Origin: Candidatus Methylomirabilota bacterium
GTDB taxonomy: Bacteria > Methylomirabilota > Methylomirabilia > Rokubacteriales > CSP1-6
NCBI GenBank assembly: GCA_046726415.1
Contig: JBKPAK010000120.1
Location: forward strand, 1-33,206
Reading direction: 5' to 3'
DNA length: 33,206 bases
Made by a program: the position numbers and the translations under genes. This document shows positions 8,856-17,183 of this stretch, piece after piece. The notes beneath the pieces were generated by a model that worked only from the letters and a program-made list of their open reading frames with translations, made no database searches and was not told the DNA's origin. How positions within the stretch are numbered: position 1 is the first letter of the stretch; each line of letters opens with the position of its first letter.

Positions 8856-10075
8856 CAGGTGGCGTCGGCGAATGCCGCTTGCGCGGCGGCCACCCCGGCG
8901 CCCGGTTCGACCTTGGCGCCGAGATCTCGCAAGGCCAGCTCCAGCGCGGACAGGGTGGGAAGGACGAACTGAGGGCTGGCGGTGAGGCCCATGGTGCCAA
9001 TCCTCAGCGTGAACGTCCGCATCTCGGCGAGGCCGGTGCCGATGAGAATGCCATAGCGATTCCGCATCTGGGTCACCACCGCTGCGGGATCAACGTCCTT
9101 CGGGGTCCGGACGCAGGAGACGGTGTTCGAGAGCACCGCGGAGTCGGGAAACATCTCGAGCCCCATGGCCTTGAGTCCGGCCCGGAGTGCGGTGGCCGCC
9201 ACCTGGTGCCGGCGAAACCGATGAGACAGCCCCTCCTCCAGGATGAGGCGGACCGCCTCGCGCATGGCGGCAGTGAGATGGGTGGGGATCGACACGGGCT
9301 GCCGGCGCCCCGCGCCATCCGGCACCTTGCCGCCCCGCGACTGGGGAATCCACCACTCCTTCCAGAGCAGCAGATCGTAGGCGCGCGTGCCGGGCTTGAT
9401 CTTGCGGCGCTCCATGGCCTCCCAGGCTCGGTGGCTCACCGAGGCCAGGGCCAGGCCGAGGGGAGCGGCCAGGCACTTCTGCGAGCCCGTCATGTTCAGA
9501 TCCACTCCCCATTCGTCCGTACGGACGTCGAGTCCGGCGATGGAGGAGACGGTATCCAGGAAGAACAGGGCGCCCGCGCGACGGGCGATCAGGCCGACCT
9601 CGGCGGCGGGGTACGTCGTGCCCGTGGACGTTTCATTGTGGACAAGGGTGATGGCTTTTGGTCGGACCCGCTGCGCCTCTCTGGCGAGACGGTCGAGATC
9701 GAGACGCGCTCCGAGTTCGACCATGAACTCTGTCACCTCGGCGCCCAGCCGAGTCATGATCTCCCGCATGAGTAGTCCGAACTGTCCAGCCACCACGACC
9801 AACACGGGATCACCGGGCTCGATGACTGACGCCGCGCCTGCTTCCAGCGCGGTGCGGCCCGAGCCGGGCAGGAGAATCACCTCGTGCTGCGTCTGAAACA
9901 CGTCGCGCAGCGCCAAGGTCGTCGGCTCGAGCACGCCTTCGTCGAAGCTCTGGTCGTACTGGATCGTGGGCGGCTGGTTCATCGCCTGGATGACGGGATA
10001 GGGTAGCTCGGTCGGCCCAGGGATCATGAGCACGGGACGGGTCTGCGGCGCGGCCCAGTTGAGCGCTGGCAACAC
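8855..10075 (-). CDS. Class V PLP aminotransferase (alanine/serine-glyoxylate type)
   Basis: AAGGAGG RBS and GTG 10075; LMIPGPT, VHNETSTG, DTVSS, GSQKCL (PLP Lys) and LRIGTMG. Confidence 0.92.
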   Translation of the reverse strand: MLPALNWAAPQTRPVLMIPGPTELPYPVIQAMNQPPTIQYDQSFDEGVLEPTTLALRDVFQTQHEVILLPGSGRTALEAGAASVIEPGDPVLVVVAGQFGLLMREIMTRLGAEVTEFMVELGARLDLDRLAREAQRVRPKAITLVHNETSTGTTYPAAEVGLIARRAGALFFLDTVSSIAGLDVRTDEWGVDLNMTGSQKCLAAPLGLALASVSHRAWEAMERRKIKPGTRAYDLLLWKEWWIPQSRGGKVPDGAGRRQPVSIPTHLTAAMREAVRLILEEGLSHRFRRHQVAATALRAGLKAMGLEMFPDSAVLSNTVSCVRTPKDVDPAAVVTQMRNRYGILIGTGLAEMRTFTLRIGTMGLTASPQFVLPTLSALELALRDLGAKVEPGAGVAAAQAAFADAT

Positions 10076-10122
10076 GGCGGCCTCCTTCCGGGACGAGGGC
10101 GTGCGGATCATCATCGAGCCCA

Positions 10123-10406
10123 TCAGTTGACCGCGCGCGGCTGAGGGTTCGGCGCGCGGTGAATGAAGTAGAGATTGCGCACGTAGATCAAGATTCCGCC
10201 GGCCTGGCCGAGGATGAAGATCGGATCCAGCCGGTAAATGGAATAGGCGAGGAGGGTAAGGCCCCCGCCGATCGACCAGTACCAGAGCTGAACGGGGATG
10301 ACGCTCTGCTTCGAGCGCTCCGAGGCAATCCACTGCACGAGAAGCGTGCCGAGAAGAAGACCTGTCCGAGCAATCCGATGCCGAGCCACACGTGCTCTGT
10401 CGTCAT
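10123..10406 (-). pseudogene. Lipid A biosynthesis N-terminal domain (LAB_N) membrane protein, frameshifted
   Basis: MTTEHVWLGIGLLGQVFFSARF in one frame continues as LVQWIASERSKQSVIP...DPIFILGQ in another; one base is missing near 10339-10341. Confidence 0.8.
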
Positions 10407-10426
10407 GACGCGATCCTTGGAGTCGG

Positions 10427-10783
10427 CTAGGGCTTATCCGCGAACATCGCGCGCAGCACCGCGTACGCACGGCGGACATCTCCGGGGCGCCGGCGCCCGG
10501 AGATCAGCGCGAAGACCCTCTGAGCCTCTGCGCTCGGCACCTGCTTCTGACGCTCGGACCGGACGTCCGTGAGCTCGCGGAGGGGGATGTCGAGGGCCAC
10601 CGACACATGATAGAGGCTGTCGATGGAAATCGACTTCTCTCCGCGCTCAACCTCACCGATGAACTTCCCGCTCAGCTTGGAGCGCTGACCCAGGCGCTCC
10701 TGGCTGAGTCCCCGCTCCTTGCGCAAGGCTCGCAGGCGTTCTCCGAGGAACTTCCTGACATGCTTGACGGCTCGTTCTGTCAC
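10427..10783 (-). CDS. XRE-family HTH transcriptional regulator
   Basis: LGERLRALRKERGLSQERL...IGEVERGEK; RBS before the GTG. Confidence 0.9.
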   Translation of the reverse strand: MTERAVKHVRKFLGERLRALRKERGLSQERLGQRSKLSGKFIGEVERGEKSISIDSLYHVSVALDIPLRELTDVRSERQKQVPSAEAQRVFALISGRRRPGDVRRAYAVLRAMFADKP

Positions 10784-11017
10784 GGCGTTGTCTCCCTCTG
10801 GTGGTCTAAGGGCGTTGCCGGCCTATGGGCGCTTGCGGGCAACCCGGCCACGGGTCGAAATGCGGTTAGGCGCGCGGCTCGGTCGCGCCGCCCGCAATGA
10901 CGGCGAGCACCAGGTCACGATCTCGACCGCGGACGCGGTGGATATAGCCGGGGGGCCGGCGCGCAACGTTGCCGGCGCTGCGCGTGCCCGTGTCGTCCGA
11001 CACGCTGCCCTCCGAGG

Positions 11018-11326
11018 TCACGGAAGGTCCACTTCGATGGCATCGCCCTGCACCCGCGCCGCGAACACGGGAATGCTCAGGTCGGGGTCGACCCGACATC
11101 GGCCGGTCGGCAGCTCGAAATCGAAGCCGTGCCACGGACACACGACGGCATCACCTTCGAGCCATCCTTCGGCCAGGGGTCCCCCTTCGTGAGGACAGAG
11201 CGCTCCGCACGCATAGACGCGGCCGCCGCCAGCGTTGAAGACCGCCACGCTCGTTCCGTTGGTTTCGACTAGGAGGCCCTGACCGACGGGGACATCACTG
11301 ACCGAGGCGACCGGCCGGAACGACAT
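11018..11326 (-). CDS. Rieske [2Fe-2S] ferredoxin (NirD-like)
   Basis: CPHEG and CPWHG motifs; start overlaps the stop of the upstream DsbA-like gene. Confidence 0.92.
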   Translation of the reverse strand: MSFRPVASVSDVPVGQGLLVETNGTSVAVFNAGGGRVYACGALCPHEGGPLAEGWLEGDAVVCPWHGFDFELPTGRCRVDPDLSIPVFAARVQGDAIEVDLP

Positions 11327-11916
11327 CAGCGTTTCCGCGCGAGGGCGGCGTCGATGGCGCGGCGGAATGTCTCCACCGACTGGGCGCCGACGATCATCTC
11401 GCCGTTGACAAAGAAGGTCGGCGTGCCTCGCACGCCGAGGGCGCGCCCCTGCGAGACGTCGGCCTCGACGATGGCCGCAAAGGCGCGCGAGTCGAGGCAG
11501 CGGGTGAATTGAGCGGAGTCCAGGCCGGCGTCGACGGCGTAGCGGCGCAGCTCTTCGCGCTCGAAGCGCGGCTGGGCCTCGAACAGGCGGTCGTGATAGG
11601 GCCAGAAGCGCCCGCCCTCAGCCGCGCACCGCGCCGCTTCGTGGGCCGAACGGGCCAGCGCGTGCGAGGCGAGGGGAAAATCCTTCACCACCAGCCGCAC
11701 CTTGCCGTCGTACTCACTGAGCAGTTGCGCCAGCGACCGCTGGACTCGTCGGCAGTAGGGTCATTGGTAGTCGGTGAACTCGACGATGGTGACCGGCGCC
11801 GTGCTTGGCCCTTTGGTCATCGCCGGATCGATGGTGAGGCTGACCTGACCGGAGACGGGCTCCCCCGCCACGAGGAGAAAGAGCACGGGGAGACTATAGT
11901 AGACTCGCGAATACAC
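11326..11916 (-). CDS. DsbA/thioredoxin-family probable selenoprotein, UxxC
   Basis: Signal-like N-terminus, KGPSTAPVTIVEFTDYQ-TGA(11761-11763)-PYC, then KDFPL and GVRGTPTFFVNG; joins two in-frame track ORFs. Start uncertain (GTG 11916). Confidence 0.9.
11730..11743 (-). promoter_or_regulatory. Putative bacterial SECIS hairpin
   Basis: CCAGC-GGUC-GCUGG, starting 17 nt after the UGA. Confidence 0.6.
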
Positions 11917-12014
11917 GGGCCACCAACGACGTATCGCGTGCAGCGTGCGCTTCACTCGACCCAGAATACGATGCGGTTGCGCGCCGCGCAATGGTGCCGA
12001 CTAGAGGTTCGTAC

Positions 12015-12350
12015 ATGGGGTTCCTGCTCCGCGTGCTCATCAACGCAGTGGCCATCTACATCGCCACCGTGGTGGTGTCAGGTATCCGCGTGTCGTCGAC
12101 GACCACGCTCCTGCTGGCGGCGCTGGTGCTGGCCATCATCAATGCGGCGGTGAAGCCCGTCATGGTCATCTTGACCCTGCCCCTCACTATCGTCACCCTC
12201 GGGCTGTTTCTCCTCGTCCTCAATGCCGTGTGCCTGTGGCTCGTCACCGTGATCGTTCCGGGCGTGGAGGTGAGAAGCTTCGGCAGCGCGTTCTTAGGAG
12301 CCCTGGTCATTGCGGTGGTGAGCTGGCTTCTCACCCGCCTGGTGGATTGA
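12015..12350 (+). CDS. Phage holin family 4 / YvlD-like membrane protein
   Basis: Four hydrophobic segments and VKPVMVILTLPLTIVTLGLFLLVLNA. Confidence 0.88.
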   Translation: MGFLLRVLINAVAIYIATVVVSGIRVSSTTTLLLAALVLAIINAAVKPVMVILTLPLTIVTLGLFLLVLNAVCLWLVTVIVPGVEVRSFGSAFLGALVIAVVSWLLTRLVD

Positions 12351-12455
12351 GTGACGTCGGGGGAGCGCGCACCGCTCCCCCCAACATCACCGCCAAGTGG
12401 GCCACGGCGGGGGGCGTTCGCTCCTGCCCGCCGGCAACGGCTCCTTGGCGGTGGT

Positions 12456-13223
12456 TCAGGCGGCGCGACCGCCTTCCTCGGACAGCGATGTGATCACGTA
12501 GGTCCCGCTCTTCTCGTCTCGTTCCAGCGTGACGATGCGGAACTTGGCCGCTTCCTCCAGGAGCTTCGAGAAGGTCGAGTAGCCGTAGTAGGATTCGCTG
12601 AAGGCGGGGTTCTTCCGAATCATCGTCTGCTTCACCATGGAGCCCCACAGCGTTTCCTTGTTCTCGCGCAAAAGGGCCTGAATGGCGTCGACGAGCTGGG
12701 CCATGGCCTCGGCCTTCTTCTCGGGCAATCCGCGCAGGAGATTCGTCTTCTTGGTGTCGCGGATCAGGTCCTCGTAGAAGATGAACTCGTCGCAATTGGA
12801 GACGAGGAGGTCCGAGGAGGACGACTTCACGCCGAGCCCAATCACGTAGCGGTCATTCTCCCGCAGCTTGGAGACGAGCGGGGAGAAGTCGGAGTCGCCG
12901 GAAACGAGGGAAAACGTGTCGATGTGCGTCTTGCCGTAGGCGAGGTCCAGGGCGTCGACCACCATGCGGATGTCTGCCGAGTTCTTCCCGCTGTAGCGGG
13001 ACTGGGGCACGTCGATGAGCTCGATGGCCCACTCGTGGAAGGGCCGCTTGTACTCAGTGAAACGGTTCCAGTCGGCGTAGGCCCGGCGCACGATGATCTT
13101 GCCCTTCTCGAGGAGACGCTCCAGCACGAGCTTGACCTCGAACTGCTTGTACTGGGCCTCTTTGACCCCGCGGGCGATGTTTTCGAAGTCGATGAAGAGC
13201 GCCAGCTTCCGCTCACCATTCAT
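12456..13223 (-). CDS. NYN domain protein with C-terminal OST-HTH/LOTUS domain
   Basis: ALFIDFEN, GKNSADIRMVVD, LVSGDSDF and FSESYYGYSTFSKLLE; ATG 13223. Confidence 0.92.
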   Translation of the reverse strand: MNGERKLALFIDFENIARGVKEAQYKQFEVKLVLERLLEKGKIIVRRAYADWNRFTEYKRPFHEWAIELIDVPQSRYSGKNSADIRMVVDALDLAYGKTHIDTFSLVSGDSDFSPLVSKLRENDRYVIGLGVKSSSSDLLVSNCDEFIFYEDLIRDTKKTNLLRGLPEKKAEAMAQLVDAIQALLRENKETLWGSMVKQTMIRKNPAFSESYYGYSTFSKLLEEAAKFRIVTLERDEKSGTYVITSLSEEGGRAA

Positions 13224-13319
13224 GCCGTGGCTATTATAAGTCGGAGGCTTCATCGCCGTGTATAGTGGGACGAAACCACCATGGCGCGATTGCTCTATGA
13301 ACTCTGGAGGTCTCGACGG

Positions 13320-13967
13320 ATGAAGCAGGTAGACTCGAAGCGTGGCGACCGCGTCCCCCCGGGACAGGTCGTCACCACCAAGTGGCCGGTCCTCACCTAC
13401 GGTCGCACTCCGCGCTTCGATCCGCAGACGTGGACCTTCCGGTGCTTTGGCCTGGTGGAGCAGGAGATGGTGTGGAGCTGGGAGCAGTTCCTCGTCCTCC
13501 CTCGCGTGCGGCTCGTCTCCGACGTCCACTGCGTGACGCGGTGGTCCCGGCTCGACAACGAGTGGGAGGGCGTGCACATCCGGGAGATCATGACGCGCGT
13601 GCGCCCGCGACCCGAGGCCTCATTCGTCATGCAGCACGCGGATCCGGACTACACGACGAACATCGCCCTTCAGGATCTCGTCCACGACGATGTCGTGCTC
13701 GCCCTCAAGCACAATGGCCGCGATCTCGAGCCCGACCACGGCGGTCCCATGCGCCTGGTGGTGCCCAAGCTCTACTTCTGGAAGAGCGCCAAGTGGCTGC
13801 GCGCCTTCGAGTTCCTCGACGTCAATCCCCCCGGATTCTGGGAGCAGAACGGCTACCACATGCACGGCGACCCCTGGAAGGACGAGCGTTACGCCGACCA
13901 GGAGACGCGCGCCATGCAGCAGATGCGGGCCGAGGCCGCCCGCGCCCTCCGCGACGCCGGCCGCTGA
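13320..13967 (+). CDS. Sulfite oxidase-like molybdopterin oxidoreductase (YuiH-like)
   Basis: GGAGG RBS; RVPPGQ, DVHCVTRWS, HGGPMRLVVP, YFWKSAKW and GFWEQNGYH. Confidence 0.92.
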   Translation: MKQVDSKRGDRVPPGQVVTTKWPVLTYGRTPRFDPQTWTFRCFGLVEQEMVWSWEQFLVLPRVRLVSDVHCVTRWSRLDNEWEGVHIREIMTRVRPRPEASFVMQHADPDYTTNIALQDLVHDDVVLALKHNGRDLEPDHGGPMRLVVPKLYFWKSAKWLRAFEFLDVNPPGFWEQNGYHMHGDPWKDERYADQETRAMQQMRAEAARALRDAGR

Positions 13968-14081
13968 AAAAGGCCCATCTGCGTCGTTGGCTCGGTCGGG
14001 GTCTCCCTGCGGCGTACCGGAGTAGGCCTCGGTCGCCCCTCCCTCGCCGCCTCGCATTTGGACCTTTTTGAGCGGCCGGCG
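13955..14081. repeat. 127-bp palindromic (REP/MITE-like) element
   Basis: 29-bp terminal inverted arms (13955-13983 and 14053-14081) with 4 mismatches. Confidence 0.75.
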
Positions 14082-14179
14082 CGGTTGTCCTCACCCTGCT
14101 AGCCAGAGGCGCGGTCAGGGCCTCTTTCGTCCCCCGATGGTCCGCGGTGGACCTGCGTGGACCTGCTAGGATCGCGGAT

Positions 14180-15082
14180 ATGGGGCACGGCCATTCGCGT
14201 GGGGAGAGCACCCGTCGAGCCCTGACGGGCGCCTTGGCGATCAGCGGCGCCTTCCTCGTCGTGGAAGTCCTGGCGGCTCTCTGGACGGGGAGTCTCGCCC
14301 TGGCCGCCGACGCCGGTCACATGTTCGCCGACGTCGCCGGGCTCGGGCTCGCCCTTTTCGCCTCCTGGATCGCCACCCGCCCGCCCACCCCCGCGAAGAC
14401 GTATGGGTATCAGCGAGCGGAGATTCTGGCCGCCCTCGTGAACTCGCTGGCCTTGATGGCCCTCGCCGCCATCATCCTCTACGAGGCGTATCTCCGGCTC
14501 GACGAACCCAGGCCGGTGCCAGGGGCTCCGCTGCTCGGCATCGGCATCCTCGGCCTCGGCGCTAACATCCTGAGCATATGGGTGCTGCGCCATGACGCGA
14601 CGGGCAGTCTCAATGTGAGAGCCGCCTACCTGGAGGTGCTCGGCGACGCCCTGGGCTCCGTGGGGGTCTTGGTCGCCGGCGTCGTCATCATGACCACGGG
14701 CTGGACGCCCATCGATTCCCTCGTCAGCGTGGCTATTGGGCTGTTCATCGTGGTCCGCACGTGGGGGCTGCTCACCCAGGTTGTCAACGTGCTCCTCGAG
14801 GGGACGCCACCTCACCTCGACATCAACGAGATCGAGACCGCAATGCGCGAGGTCCCCGGGGTGACCCGGGTGCACGATCTGCACGTGTGGACCCTCACCT
14901 CGGGTCGTGAGGCGATGAGCGCGCACGTGGTCGTGGCGGACGTGAGCAAGAGTGACGAGCTTCTGGAGGAGCTGCATCGCGTCCTCCACGCGCGCTTCGG
15001 CGTCGACCACACCACCATCCAGCTCGATCGCGAACCGCAGACGCCGCTTCAGATCAGGCGGCCTGCCGTCAGTAAGCGCTGA
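14180..15082 (+). CDS. Cation diffusion facilitator (CzcD/ZitB-like Zn/Co/Cd exporter)
   Basis: SLALAADAGHM, TYGYQRAEILAAL, SLNVRAAYLEVLGD, HDLHVW and HTTIQ. Confidence 0.93.
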   Translation: MGHGHSRGESTRRALTGALAISGAFLVVEVLAALWTGSLALAADAGHMFADVAGLGLALFASWIATRPPTPAKTYGYQRAEILAALVNSLALMALAAIILYEAYLRLDEPRPVPGAPLLGIGILGLGANILSIWVLRHDATGSLNVRAAYLEVLGDALGSVGVLVAGVVIMTTGWTPIDSLVSVAIGLFIVVRTWGLLTQVVNVLLEGTPPHLDINEIETAMREVPGVTRVHDLHVWTLTSGREAMSAHVVVADVSKSDELLEELHRVLHARFGVDHTTIQLDREPQTPLQIRRPAVSKR

Positions 15083-15178
15083 CGGAGATTCGAAGGGCGC
15101 CCCGTCTAGACTAGAGCGTCCCGGGCGCTGGGAGAGCGACGGCATCACGGCTACGCCTTACCGGCCGAGGCGTCAGGA

Positions 15179-15240
15179 GGCCGGGGAGCCATTTCGAGGT
15201 GCCTCATAGGGCCGGGGGGCCATTGTGAGGCGCCTCATAG
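15179..15240 (+). repeat. Two 31-bp imperfect tandem repeats before the dehydratase RBS
   Basis: ggccggggagccatttcgaggtgcctcatag and ggccggggggccattgtgaggcgcctcatag (4 mismatches). Confidence 0.8.
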
Positions 15241-15251
15241 AGGAGGTAAGG

Positions 15252-16799
15252 ATGGCGAGATTCGCGCTCAGTGAAAAGGCCATTGTGCTCAAGCCGGACG
15301 ACGACGTGGCCGTGGCCAAGGCCGAGATTCGCGCGGGCGATGTCATCGAGGAGGGAACGACGCGCATCACGGCGCGCCACGACATCCGCCCTGGCCACAA
15401 GATCGCGCGGCACCCCGTGCGCGCGGGGGAGCCCGTGCGCCGCTACGGACAGGTCATCGGCTTCGCCACCCAGGACGTCGCCGTGGGCGACCACGTGCAC
15501 ACGCAGAACCTCGACACGGGCGCGCTGTCGGCCGACCGGTACGAGATCGGGGTAGACGTGACGCCCGTCCGGCACTACCCGCCGGAGCAGATGCGCGTCT
15601 TCGACGGCTTTCGGCGCGAGGACGGGCGGGTGGGCACGCGCAACTACGTGGCCATCATCTCCGGCGTGAACTGCTCGGCCAGCGTCAGTCAGTTCGTCAA
15701 GGAGCGTTTCCGCGACGTCAAGCGCGACTACCCCAACCTGGATGGCGTCGTCGCGGTCACCCACAAATCCGGCTGCGGGACCAAGCTCTTTGGCGAGGAC
15801 CACATGGCCCTCCAGCGCGTGCTGGCGGGGTACGCCAAGCACCCCAACGTCGCCGCCTACATCCTGATCGGCCTCGGGTGCGAGGTGAATCAGGCCGCCG
15901 TCATGGTGGAACGGCAACGCATGGCCGCGCCCGGGCGTCCCGAGCGGAAGCCGCTCCTCGTCAACATCCAGGAGGCTGGGGGAATCCGGAAGACCGTGGA
16001 GCGCGCAACGGCTGAGGTGGCGAAGCTCCTGCCCCTCGCCAACGAGGCGCGACGGACGAAGCAGCCGGTGTCCGAGCTGGTGCTGGCCACCAACTGTGGC
16101 GGCTCCGACGGCAACTCCGGCATCACCGCCAATCCCGCCCTCGGCTGGGCGGTGGATGAGCTGGTGCGCTATGGCGGCACCGGCGTGCTCGCCGAGACGC
16201 CGGAGATCTATGGGGCCGAGCACCTCCTCATTCGCCGGGCTATCAACGAGGGGGTGGCCAAGAAGCTGATCGACCGTTACAAGTGGTGGGAGTGGTACTG
16301 CCGCGGCATCGAGGCGATGGACAACAATCCCGCGCCCGGCAACAAGGCGGGCGGCATCACCACGGTGTTCGAGAAGTCCCTGGGCGGCGTGACCAAGGGC
16401 GGCACCACGCCCATGATGGATGTCTTCCTCTACGGCGAGCCGATCACGACGCGCGGCTTCGTCTTCATGGATACGCCGGGCCACGACCCCGTGTCGATCA
16501 CGGGCCTGGTGGCGGGGGGCTGCAACATCGTGTGTTTTACCACGGGGCGCGGCAGCGTGTTCGGTTGCAAGCCGGTCCCGTCGATCAAGCTGGCGACGAA
16601 CTCCCTCATGTACCGCCACATGGAAGAGGACATGGACATCAACTGCGGCGTGATCTTGGAAGGCACGCCACTGTCCGTGGTCGGCCGTCAGATCTTCGAG
16701 GAGGTCATCGCGGTGGCGTCCGGCAAACGGAGCAAGAGCGAGTTGAGCGGAGTCGGCGAGGAAGAGTTCGCTCCCTGGATCATCGGGCCGGTGCTGTAG
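15252..16799 (+). CDS. UxaA/GarD family dehydratase (SAF + D-galactarate/altronate dehydratase domains)
   Basis: AGGAGG RBS; GHKIA, GTRNY, GLGCE, CGGSDGNSG, NPAPGNKAGG and FTTGRG. Confidence 0.93.
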   Translation: MARFALSEKAIVLKPDDDVAVAKAEIRAGDVIEEGTTRITARHDIRPGHKIARHPVRAGEPVRRYGQVIGFATQDVAVGDHVHTQNLDTGALSADRYEIGVDVTPVRHYPPEQMRVFDGFRREDGRVGTRNYVAIISGVNCSASVSQFVKERFRDVKRDYPNLDGVVAVTHKSGCGTKLFGEDHMALQRVLAGYAKHPNVAAYILIGLGCEVNQAAVMVERQRMAAPGRPERKPLLVNIQEAGGIRKTVERATAEVAKLLPLANEARRTKQPVSELVLATNCGGSDGNSGITANPALGWAVDELVRYGGTGVLAETPEIYGAEHLLIRRAINEGVAKKLIDRYKWWEWYCRGIEAMDNNPAPGNKAGGITTVFEKSLGGVTKGGTTPMMDVFLYGEPITTRGFVFMDTPGHDPVSITGLVAGGCNIVCFTTGRGSVFGCKPVPSIKLATNSLMYRHMEEDMDINCGVILEGTPLSVVGRQIFEEVIAVASGKRSKSELSGVGEEEFAPWIIGPVL

Positions 16800-16815
16800 G
16801 GGCGGGGGCCGCCGA

Positions 16816-17106
16816 CTACGACTGGACCACGGTGACGACGAGGCCTATAGAAGCCAGGATATTCCCCACGCGTACACACTCTGGCTCGGGGCCGACCTTC
16901 ACCACCGCCTTGCCGGTGTTGTGCACTTGCCAGGCGATTTCCCAACCCTCGGCTTCGCTGCAGGCAATGGCCTTTTGGAGCTGACGCACGACCTGTTCGA
17001 AGGTGTGACACTCGCAGTTGTGGAGAATGGTCATCCAGGGCGGCGCGACCGCGCCCTCGGTGACGTCTTCGATCCCCGTCTCGGGGGCGACCTTCTCGAT
17101 GGCCAT
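16816..17106 (-). CDS. clpS: ClpS-like N-degron adaptor, variant
   Basis: TILHNCECHTFEQVV...AWQVHNTGKAVV matches the ClpS fold pattern. Confidence 0.85.
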   Translation of the reverse strand: MAIEKVAPETGIEDVTEGAVAPPWMTILHNCECHTFEQVVRQLQKAIACSEAEGWEIAWQVHNTGKAVVKVGPEPECVRVGNILASIGLVVTVVQS

Positions 17107-17183
17107 GGCCCGCGTGTCTACCTTCTCACTTGAAGCAGGATCTCACGGGCGATCGGAAACTTCATGATCTCGTGGACGCCGGC

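Noticed and set aside
10866-11021. 51-codon ORF overlapping the Rieske stop
   Set aside because: No motif; too short to support.
12015-12350. Holin plus nearby XRE regulator as a prophage
   Set aside because: No integrase, structural or lysin genes; this holin-like family is common in non-phage contexts.
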